From contig CAYFHS010000023.1 in the NCBI GenBank assembly GCA_964342815.1, positions 1 to 59,958 on the forward strand: DNA of 59,958 bases, in the 5' to 3' direction. Each line of letters starts with the position of its first letter. Position 1 is the first letter of the stretch. This DNA comes from an uncultured archaeon (GTDB lineage: Archaea; Thermoplasmatota; Penumbrarchaeia; JASLWR01). Under the pieces are notes generated by a model. That model was not told the origin of the DNA, did not search any database, and saw only the letters and a list, made by a program, of their open reading frames with translations. Below are positions 44,470 to 52,763 of this stretch, piece after piece. Both the position numbers and the translations under genes were made by a program.

Positions 44470-46800
44470 ATGTCCCAGGAAAGAATCCCATTGAAGATAT
44501 CGGACCAGATCATTCTACATCTGATGAACTTCGGTGGATTCAAAGAGAAATATCAGGTTCCCTTCCAAGCATCGCAGGCGGGTGTTGCGAATATACTGGG
44601 GGCCCACCGCTCGCATATATCGTATTATTTGAAAAAAATGGAATCCGCAAGTATGCTCACCAGCCGTCTGGGTAGAATTCAGGGGCTTCCAAGGAAACGG
44701 AAGGTTTATTTTTTAACGGCGAAGGGAGAGAAAAAGGGCAGGGAAATAATCAACAATATCATAATAAAGGGCATTCGATTGAAGACTGGGGAGCGGGAGA
44801 TCACCATAGATATAGACGAACTTTCCTTTAAAAATCAAAAGGCATCATTTCTCGAAATAGTTATTGAGAATGTAAGGAAGATCGTTGCAGAGGAGAAGGA
44901 AAGCGGCAAAGCAATACTAAACTACGTTTTGGACGATCCAAGAGGAAAGCTTGACCCGGCCTATCGAGCCATGATCTCCGAACGAAATCGAAATAGTATA
45001 CGGAAAGCCATCGACCATGGGACCGTAGTTCTGATGTCCGCTGAAAAATATCCCGATCTGGTGGATACCTACCTTTGGACCCTGGCTTCCGACATATCTG
45101 ACATTTGCAATGTCTTCGTTTACGATCTACACCGTTTTTCCACCACCGAGGACCTGATATACAAGTTCTCGATATTTCTTGGAAAAACGGGGGATTACTC
45201 GCTTCAGAGGATGATCCAAAACGGGACAAAAATGTCTCTTGTCTGGCGTGAAATAGCCAAGATCGTGAGCGGATTACCCTTCGTCATAATGATCCGGGGG
45301 GAGTGGTCCCGAAGAACTATTGCAGGATTGAAAAAAGCTATCATTAAACTGGCGGATACCGATGTACCGCTGATCATTGCAGCCGATGGAGAGGATGTTT
45401 CACACTTATTCGAAGGTCAATCGAAGCATATACGCCTGAAAGCCATGCCGAAGAGAGTGGCTGCGGAGATATATCGGAGTCTGTGCCCTGCTGGTGAGGC
45501 CGATTTAATTGAAGAGGTTAAGAAAAATCTATACAAGGAGGCTGCCCGTTCCCCGCTTCTATTGGAGGTATTTTCAAAAGATGATGGTACATTGGAAGGG
45601 AATACCTATCTTCCTGGCTCTGAAGCTTACTATGCCGCTGAACTGGAAAGATCCACTGAAGAGGAAATGGAGATACTTCAGGCGATGTCATGGATGGGAT
45701 ATCCTCTGCGTATGGAGCAGGTGAAAGAAACTATCACACATAATTTCGAGCAGCTTGCCCGGAGGCACCTCCTGGCTACAACACAGATGGGTTTCCGAAT
45801 TCCACGGGCTCTCAGATATCTTCTGGAAAAAAGGACCCGGGAAGATAGTTCAAGACAGAAAAAAGCCAAAGAACTGTACAAACAGATGCTCTATCTATCA
45901 CCCTATCAAGCTCTGGATGCCGTGGTATTGTACCAGGAATCTGCTGATCTGATTGATGGTCTTGCCATGTCTTGTGATTGGTGCACACTAATGTTGGAAA
46001 GAACTAAGCTTCCAGCCCTCACTTCAATATTTCCCGAGTTAAGTAAGGATAGTTTATCCAAAGAGGGATTGTCACTATATCTCACTCTTGAAGGTTTCGA
46101 GAAATTATTCGAGGGGAAAACCAAGAAGGCTGAAAGATCATCAAACGAGGCAACCCGCCACGGCGAACAGTTAAAGAACGAGGAAGTTCTGGCAAGATCT
46201 TATTTCCTGCAGGGCAAGATCAATCTTGCGAAAGGGGATTACATAATGGCATTGGAAAGGATGGTTACATCCTTCAATCTGTTCTTAGGACTGGATAACG
46301 CCATGGGCGTCTCCCTATCAGCCCTGATGATCTCCGAAATATTCGAACACCGGGGGGAGCCGAACAAGGCTATTGCCTATATTGATATGGCGGTAGAGCA
46401 GGAGAAGGCCGTGGTCTGCGCACCTCTGATATCCTCGGTGTACGCAAAACGCGGTGAACTCTATTACAGTAAGAACATTTTCGCAAAAGCTTCCCTTTGT
46501 TTTGATGACGCGTCAGACATGGCAGCACGGGTAGGGGAGGTGGACAAATCACTGGAATACCGCTTGAGAAAGGGGGACGTGCTGGTGGAGGAGGGACATA
46601 TGAAGGAGGCCGTGGCGGTGTACGAGAAAACAGCCGAAGAAGCAGAAGAAAGAGGATTGGGGGAACTGCAGTTGAGCGCATATGAACGGTTATACCAGAA
46701 ATGTTTCAGTGAAGGGACACCGCGATATGGGAGATACCGCAGCAAAGCCGGACAGTTCCGGGTTCTGCTTCAAGGCAGACGAAAGAAATCACGGGCATGA
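44470..46800 (+). CDS. N-terminal wHTH, degenerate NTPase-like middle region, C-terminal TPR protein
   Basis: SQAGVANILGAHRSHISYYLKKM...RKRKVYFLTAKG (wHTH); helical TPR-like repeats (ARSYFLQGKINLAKGDY, SSVYAKRGELYY); no GxxxxGK[ST] seen. Confidence 0.7.
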   Translation: MSQERIPLKISDQIILHLMNFGGFKEKYQVPFQASQAGVANILGAHRSHISYYLKKMESASMLTSRLGRIQGLPRKRKVYFLTAKGEKKGREIINNIIIKGIRLKTGEREITIDIDELSFKNQKASFLEIVIENVRKIVAEEKESGKAILNYVLDDPRGKLDPAYRAMISERNRNSIRKAIDHGTVVLMSAEKYPDLVDTYLWTLASDISDICNVFVYDLHRFSTTEDLIYKFSIFLGKTGDYSLQRMIQNGTKMSLVWREIAKIVSGLPFVIMIRGEWSRRTIAGLKKAIIKLADTDVPLIIAADGEDVSHLFEGQSKHIRLKAMPKRVAAEIYRSLCPAGEADLIEEVKKNLYKEAARSPLLLEVFSKDDGTLEGNTYLPGSEAYYAAELERSTEEEMEILQAMSWMGYPLRMEQVKETITHNFEQLARRHLLATTQMGFRIPRALRYLLEKRTREDSSRQKKAKELYKQMLYLSPYQALDAVVLYQESADLIDGLAMSCDWCTLMLERTKLPALTSIFPELSKDSLSKEGLSLYLTLEGFEKLFEGKTKKAERSSNEATRHGEQLKNEEVLARSYFLQGKINLAKGDYIMALERMVTSFNLFLGLDNAMGVSLSALMISEIFEHRGEPNKAIAYIDMAVEQEKAVVCAPLISSVYAKRGELYYSKNIFAKASLCFDDASDMAARVGEVDKSLEYRLRKGDVLVEEGHMKEAVAVYEKTAEEAEERGLGELQLSAYERLYQKCFSEGTPRYGRYRSKAGQFRVLLQGRRKKSRA

Positions 46801-47720
46801 AATATCGAAGATTTGGTGATAAGATGGACAGACGACTTAGAAACGGAATGTTCCTTATAGGAATTGGTATTCTCCTGGCCGTGTTAGCAGGAATATTCAG
46901 CCTGCTTACATATTCGACCTACGATACTGTTGATCTGTCATTAGTTTTTTCGATAATCGCAATAGCACTTACTGTAGTGGGGTTCATCCTGAAGGTTATC
47001 GGTATGTTCATGATCTTCACCCGCAGGAAAACTCTTGCTAAAGGGAGAGGTATGGCCACCCTGGGTCTTATTTTCTTCATATCCCTCATTCTGGTCTATA
47101 TAACCGGGGTAATTATCGAACTTATATTCATATTTGCAATGAATCCGAGATATCTCACGGTTTTACTTATTCTCACCGAATTGGCATCAACGGTATTGGG
47201 TTCGATGATGGTGCTTCTACCGGTTCATCCAATCCTTGGCAATAAGCTTAAAAAAAAGCTTGCCTACTCTCTTTTGGCTATTATTATACTAAGCCTGGCC
47301 GCACAACCGTTCGTTGCCATTGAAATGAAAGGAGTAGAGGACGATTTCAACGTTGAATTTGAGGGGGAATCATACCAGGGACTTCCCGATACAATGGACG
47401 AAGACCAAAAGCTGGGAAAAAATATTACGGCTTGGATTTCAGGGAAAGATGAAATTTCAAATATAGTTGTGTACAACAGCTTCCCGCTGATCCCTTACGC
47501 ATATATCGGTTTTCTGATTTTTCTCTATGCCAGGAGCATCAAAAAGAAAGGGGAGGTAACGGATGATTTCCGACACCACGGCGTTGAATATCCCCCGGGA
47601 ATGCAGGTAGAGGGAGTGAAGAAAATCCTAAAAAAAGAGGAAAAATGCAGGTACTGCGGGGCGGAGCTTATGCCGGATCTGGATTTCTGTCCTTCATGCG
47701 GTGCCTACCTTAAAGAATGA
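46797..47720 (+). CDS. Multi-pass membrane protein with C-terminal double Zn-ribbon
   Basis: About 6-7 hydrophobic segments; CRYCGAELMPDLDFCPSCG; ATGA overlap with the upstream stop. Confidence 0.8.
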   Translation: MKYRRFGDKMDRRLRNGMFLIGIGILLAVLAGIFSLLTYSTYDTVDLSLVFSIIAIALTVVGFILKVIGMFMIFTRRKTLAKGRGMATLGLIFFISLILVYITGVIIELIFIFAMNPRYLTVLLILTELASTVLGSMMVLLPVHPILGNKLKKKLAYSLLAIIILSLAAQPFVAIEMKGVEDDFNVEFEGESYQGLPDTMDEDQKLGKNITAWISGKDEISNIVVYNSFPLIPYAYIGFLIFLYARSIKKKGEVTDDFRHHGVEYPPGMQVEGVKKILKKEEKCRYCGAELMPDLDFCPSCGAYLKE

Positions 47721-47786
47721 GGACGGTTCATAGCATTTCGTTGAGAATGGGATGGTAATTGGAATAGAACGGATAAAGGAGCTAAT

Positions 47787-49394
47787 ATGGGACAAAAAAC
47801 TATTTACTTCATTTTGGTTTCGATGATTTTCTTCTGTCTTTTCCAGTGTATTTCATATCCCATCAAGGGAGAATCTGTCTCCAATTCAATCATTCTGATC
47901 ATTGATGCGTCCAGCAGTATGGAGGAATATAACGAAGACGGAACCGCCCTGAAGATCGATGACGCGAAGAAGGCGGCCGTAAGCGCCCTGGATGGATTGG
48001 ACAACAGCACGGAAGTAGCCTTGATAGTTTTTTACGATTGTGACGAGATCGTTCTGGAGCAGCCCTTCACCACGGACCCGGCGTACGTTAAAGCGAAGAT
48101 AGAAAACATATGGACCGACGGTTACACCCCTCTTGCCGAATCCATCGAGATGGCCATTTCATACATGGACAATAGTTCTTCAGGCGATGAGGGTGTAATA
48201 ATCATTCTGACCGACGGTGGTGAGACATGTAAGGGCGACCCCGTCGCATCAGCGAATAACGTTCGGATGATGGTCATTGACTGCCGGCTGCACGTTATCA
48301 ATTACGGAAGCGATAACGCAGAGCAGTTAGTAAAAATATCAAATGCCGGAAAAGGAAGATACTATGCTCCCCGGGATGCGGACGAACTCTCTGAGAATAT
48401 GAAAAGAGTAACGAATCCCGTTAACTGGCCCTATCTTGACCAGGGAACCGAAGGATCGGGCCCATCCCACAAAGAAATTCTTTCTGTCATTACCTGGTAT
48501 ATTACCCTCGGTCTGCTGTTATTCGCCGGATTCATACTGATAATTTTCCTCTTCAATTATCTGTTCAATGTGATACGGGAAAGATCAAAAAACGAGCTTG
48601 ATAAATGGGAACGGAAATGGTGGCTCATCTCGTTGTGGGACCGGCTCAAGGCTTCTTTAGGCGGCTGGAGCAGAAAACGAAGGGAGAGAAGAAGGGAGGC
48701 AAGGGAGCGAAAATGGGCCAAGAGGGAAATGCTCGCGGAAGAGCGGCGGCGGGAGCGGGAGAGAAAACGGGCGGAACGAGAACGCCTGGCTGCTGAGCGG
48801 CGGCGGGAAAGAGAGAGGCGGAGAAGGGAGAGAGGCAGGGAAGAGATCTGTTTATTCCACCCTTTGAGACGCAGCATGACCCGAAAGAATGACAAGCTTC
48901 GCCGGATTGCAATGGAGCAGCGTTTGGCCAGGGAAAGGAGGATGGCCGAGGCGGAAAGGTTGGCAAAGGATCGGGAGAAAGAGGAAAGGGGACGGCAGAT
49001 GGCGGAAGAGAGAAGACGGGCGGAGGGGGAAAGAAAGGTTGCGGAAAACCGGAAGAAAAAGGAACTCATGTCCCGCGTTTCCGAACTTGCGATAAACGAT
49101 TTCGGTATTAATCCGCCGGATGATCTGGATAAGAAAATAATGAAAGATCCATATGGCGCGGAGGCGGATGTCAATGCTTACATGGAGATGATCGAGACTG
49201 AACGGGTTAAGCGGGTGGGGGACCGAGAAAAAAAGAAAATTGCCCGGGAACAGAAGCGGACAAAGGCACGCGTTATGGAAAAAAAACGCTGCTGCCCAAG
49301 CTGCGGCCAAGGAATCCGGCATGTGGCCTCATACCGACGATGGTACTGTGATAAGTGCGCAAAATACCTGCCAAAAAGCTTTGAGCAGGATTGA
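47787..49394 (+). CDS. VWA-domain single-pass membrane protein with charged helical tail and C-terminal Zn finger
   Basis: Signal peptide; IILIIDASSSM (MIDAS DxSxS), GYTPLAESI, IIILTDGGETCKGDP; TM; E/R/K-rich run; CPSCG...WYCDKC. SD AAGGAG. Confidence 0.88.
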   Translation: MGQKTIYFILVSMIFFCLFQCISYPIKGESVSNSIILIIDASSSMEEYNEDGTALKIDDAKKAAVSALDGLDNSTEVALIVFYDCDEIVLEQPFTTDPAYVKAKIENIWTDGYTPLAESIEMAISYMDNSSSGDEGVIIILTDGGETCKGDPVASANNVRMMVIDCRLHVINYGSDNAEQLVKISNAGKGRYYAPRDADELSENMKRVTNPVNWPYLDQGTEGSGPSHKEILSVITWYITLGLLLFAGFILIIFLFNYLFNVIRERSKNELDKWERKWWLISLWDRLKASLGGWSRKRRERRREARERKWAKREMLAEERRRERERKRAERERLAAERRRERERRRRERGREEICLFHPLRRSMTRKNDKLRRIAMEQRLARERRMAEAERLAKDREKEERGRQMAEERRRAEGERKVAENRKKKELMSRVSELAINDFGINPPDDLDKKIMKDPYGAEADVNAYMEMIETERVKRVGDREKKKIAREQKRTKARVMEKKRCCPSCGQGIRHVASYRRWYCDKCAKYLPKSFEQD

Positions 49395-49566
49395 TTTTCA
49401 CCTCAGCAGTTTTATTAAGAGTTTTTTATCACGTCCAATTATCGGAGATAGGATTCAGCCGTTAAGATTACCCCTTGGTTTTGTAGCTTTGTTCTTATAT
49501 ATGATTTCATCACTCATTGGTTCAACGAAGGCTTTTCTATCTAACATTTTTACAGGGGTAAGCAAA

Positions 49567-49962
49567 ATGGCCAGGAATGAAACCACAATCGATCTTAAAG
49601 AAAACCTCGACATAAGAGAACTCGCCATGGGACAGCTGCTGATGGATGATTACTGTTTCAAGATACTCATGAGCACGACTCTTCGCAATATGAGCATTCG
49701 TGACATAGCGTTCACATATTTCATTCCATTTGCGACCTGCTACAAGAAGATAGCCGAACTGGAGGCGGCGGGCCTGATCAGGAAAGTTGGAAAGGAGAAG
49801 GGAACGAAGGGTAAACAAGGTGCGGTCTACCGATCCTGTCTCGAACATTTCAAGATGAACTACAAGAGCAGCTCTCTAAGGCTGAACGTCGATCTGCTGA
49901 GGGAAGGGTCCAAGACCATCGAACTGGACCTGATCAATGGGAATATGGTCGTGACCGACTGA
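49567..49962 (+). CDS. Small winged helix-turn-helix (ArsR-like) protein
   Basis: KILMSTTLRNMSIRDIAFTYFIPFATCYKKIAELEAAGLI...G.....YRS. True start probably ATG 49567; the track extension from 49240 overlaps the VWA gene. Confidence 0.75.
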   Translation: MARNETTIDLKENLDIRELAMGQLLMDDYCFKILMSTTLRNMSIRDIAFTYFIPFATCYKKIAELEAAGLIRKVGKEKGTKGKQGAVYRSCLEHFKMNYKSSSLRLNVDLLREGSKTIELDLINGNMVVTD

Positions 49963-50050
49963 TCATCCGTTATCCCAAACTTGTTGGGTTCTATTTTTTA
50001 TTTAAGGTGGGCTTCGATCCACCAGACAAAACTGGGAACTTGCAGATTCG

Positions 50051-50065
50051 GAGAAAGTTATAAAT
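50051..50065 (+). promoter_or_regulatory. BRE/TATA promoter, probably leaderless transcript
   Basis: GAGAAAG followed by TTATAAAT about 25 nt before ATG 50090. Confidence 0.5.
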
Positions 50066-50089
50066 ATTACATCTTGGTTATTTTTCACC

Positions 50090-50446
50090 ATGGTAAATCT
50101 GGACCTGCTGGAGTTCATTCTTGTTCTTACCGCTTTTATCCTTGGCCTGGTGGTAGGTCTGGTAATCACCAGCCTGAGAAAAGAACGTTTCAGCAAACTG
50201 TCTCCCCGCGACCTCGCTGCCATAGAGACACGGCCGCCGCCCAGTGAAGAGCGGTATCTCCCATCACCATTCCAGAAGACTTTTTCGGGTCTCGATGAGA
50301 TAGCCGCCCCGGCCATTGTCCTCGAACGTACGGAGGCAAAGGTAAAACGAAAGATCATGGAGGGAGCATGGGTCTGCTCGAAATGCGGTGCAGCCGATGC
50401 CACGCTGATACACCGCAAGGGATGCGACAAGTGTTATACTGTCTGA
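50090..50446 (+). CDS. Small N-anchored membrane protein with C-terminal Cys/His cluster
   Basis: N-terminal TM FILVLTAFILGLVVGLVIT; WVCSKCG...HRKGCDKC. Confidence 0.7.
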   Translation: MVNLDLLEFILVLTAFILGLVVGLVITSLRKERFSKLSPRDLAAIETRPPPSEERYLPSPFQKTFSGLDEIAAPAIVLERTEAKVKRKIMEGAWVCSKCGAADATLIHRKGCDKCYTV

Positions 50447-50553
50447 AATTACCCGGTCCTAACGCCAGGAACTATAGAAAAACTGCTCATTTTGGTCGAT
50501 TTCATAATCTCAATATAATATATAGTAGGAAGTAGGCTTCTATATTGTACTTC

Positions 50554-50568
50554 GAGAAGGTTTATAAT
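50554..50568 (+). promoter_or_regulatory. BRE/TATA promoter of the Na/Pi-PhoU pair
   Basis: GAGAAGG followed by TTTATAAT about 32 nt before ATG 50600. Confidence 0.45.
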
Positions 50569-50599
50569 ATGGTCTCGCATTATCTAACATACACTGATA

Positions 50600-51799
50600 A
50601 TGAGCGAGGTCCGGTGCCAAAAAATGAGAAAGGGTCTTTTCGTAACAAAAAATGGAAAAGAAAAGGGTTTAAGTAGAGGGGAATTGTCCCTTCGCAATCG
50701 GATATTGCTCCAGAGCACACGCCTGTTGTCACTTCTTCTGGCGTTATATCTTTTTTTTCTGGCCATCGCCATGATGGGGACTTCATTCAAATCAATGGGC
50801 AGCGGTACTTCCGAGAGGTTGATCTCCCTTGTCACGAACCCACTGGCCGGTCTTTTCATCGGAATTCTTGCCACATCCATCGTTCAGAGTTCTTCATGCA
50901 CGACCTCCATCGCGGTGGTTGCGGTGGCCAGCGGGCAGATACCACTGCATCTGGCGATCCCCATCATCATCGGGGCGAATATCGGGACGTCGGTGACGGC
51001 AACACTTGTTTCTCTTGCCCATATCTCCCGCAGAAGAGAGTTTAGAAGGGCATTTTCAGGCGCCACGGTTCACGACCTGTTCAACGTAATGGCAGCAATG
51101 GTCTTCTTACCCCTGGAGGTCTTCACACGGTGGATATTCGGAGTAGGTTACCTTGAGCGCGTTTCTCTTTTTCTCGCTGACAAATCCACAGGAACGGGGG
51201 GGGTGACATTCCTGAGCCCCATGAAGGTAATCACCAAACCAATCGTGAACTGGAGTTTTTCAATCACAAATACTTCCTGGCTCTGGGTTCTGGTTTCATT
51301 GGTACTTCTTTTCGTGGCTCTGAAGATACTTACCTCATCTATTAAGAGCTTGCTGGAAACGAAGGTCCAAAAGGTGGTAGACAAATATTTTTTCCGAACG
51401 GCCGCCATCAGCTTCATTTTCGGTTTAGTCATTACTGCCATCATCCAGTCCAGTTCTGTAACAACCTCTCTTGCGATTCCTTTCGTCGGCAGCGGGATGA
51501 TCAGCCTCGAACAGATATTCCCATTCACTCTTGGAGCCAATATCGGCACCACCGTTACAGCTCTGCTTTCGTCACTTGTGACGGAATCCACAGATGCGGT
51601 GGCACTGGCATTTTCCCACCTGACATTCAACGTTAGTGCCGTGGTGCTCTTCTATCCGTTCCGAAAGATACCCATTTCCACAGCCAGGAGATTGGGGGAA
51701 ATTGTAATGAAGCGGAGACATGTCGCTATTATAATAATAATTATATTTTTCTTTTTGTTACCATTATCGGTGGTCTTCATGACCCAATTATTTAATTAG
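50600..51799 (+). CDS. Na+/phosphate cotransporter (NptA / SLC34 family)
   Basis: Two inverted-repeat signatures QSSS...GANIGT (IVQSSSCTT...GANIGTS; IIQSSSVTT...GANIGTT). Confidence 0.92.
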   Translation: MSEVRCQKMRKGLFVTKNGKEKGLSRGELSLRNRILLQSTRLLSLLLALYLFFLAIAMMGTSFKSMGSGTSERLISLVTNPLAGLFIGILATSIVQSSSCTTSIAVVAVASGQIPLHLAIPIIIGANIGTSVTATLVSLAHISRRREFRRAFSGATVHDLFNVMAAMVFLPLEVFTRWIFGVGYLERVSLFLADKSTGTGGVTFLSPMKVITKPIVNWSFSITNTSWLWVLVSLVLLFVALKILTSSIKSLLETKVQKVVDKYFFRTAAISFIFGLVITAIIQSSSVTTSLAIPFVGSGMISLEQIFPFTLGANIGTTVTALLSSLVTESTDAVALAFSHLTFNVSAVVLFYPFRKIPISTARRLGEIVMKRRHVAIIIIIIFFFLLPLSVVFMTQLFN

Positions 51800-51866
51800 C
51801 GAAACGAGCGGGCCAAAAATAGATAAAGTAGTAGTACACTCAATAACGAGGAACAGGGGAAATAAA

Positions 51867-52538
51867 ATGAAATTCACCAATCTTTTCAGGGCACTGTCGG
51901 GGCACGAACTGCTGGAACGCACCTACAAGCAGACCGGCAGGGTGCACGATGAGACACGGGACATGTTCGAAAACTCCTTCGGATGTATCATGGGAAAGAT
52001 ACCTGAATGCGAGCTGACCGTCATTCAGCGGGACAAGGATATTAACCGGGAGATCATCGAAATCAGGAGACGTCTCTTCAACTATGTTTCCACGTCGCGT
52101 AATCCCAATTTTTCCGCCGCACTCTCCCTGACCAGCATAATCATCGATTACGAGAGGATCGGAGATTACACAAAGAACATCGCTCAATTATTATCGGTGC
52201 TCTCCGGAAGGCCGGCCAACGTTAGTTACAATGATAAGCTAATGGACATGTACGAGTTAATGCTCGAGATATTCACATTGACCAACAGCGCCTTTGCAAA
52301 CGAGGACGATAAAAAGGCAAAGGAGGCGGTTTTGGCCCACGAAAAGGTAAAGAAAATGCATCTCGATATCCTGCAGAGCATAGACCGTGATGAGAACATA
52401 GGTAGACAGGAAGCGCTGATATACGCCCTTCTTCTGAGTTTTCTCCGCCGTATCAACGGACATCTCTCGAATATATGCACGGCGGCTTACAGACCTTTTC
52501 CAAAGATCGGTTTTGCTGAAACCCCCCAAAGATCGTGA
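51867..52538 (+). CDS. PhoU-domain protein
   Basis: Two helical PhoU-like repeats: D.DIN...IRR...IDYERIGDYTKNIA and ...LRRINGHLSNIC; directly downstream of the Na/Pi transporter. Confidence 0.8.
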   Translation: MKFTNLFRALSGHELLERTYKQTGRVHDETRDMFENSFGCIMGKIPECELTVIQRDKDINREIIEIRRRLFNYVSTSRNPNFSAALSLTSIIIDYERIGDYTKNIAQLLSVLSGRPANVSYNDKLMDMYELMLEIFTLTNSAFANEDDKKAKEAVLAHEKVKKMHLDILQSIDRDENIGRQEALIYALLLSFLRRINGHLSNICTAAYRPFPKIGFAETPQRS

Positions 52539-52763
52539 ATGACGGATGAAAAACCACTTTTTATAGAAAAAAAAGCGGCCCAAAACTACTTTTTTGGAAA
52601 AAGCAGCCCAAAAAAAGAGGGGGGTACTGTTCTCGCGATTGACGAAAAAAATCGACTGGACCAGCAGATTTCCAAGGGAAATCGAAGGTGCAGCAGTATC
52701 TCTGATTCTGCGGAACAAAGTGGGCATGGTCTGTATTTCCTATATGATAAAAAAAAAAGGCCG

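Noticed and set aside
49240-49566. N-terminal extension of the wHTH ORF
   Set aside because: It overlaps the VWA gene in another frame and crosses an intergenic promoter; the real start is probably ATG 49567.
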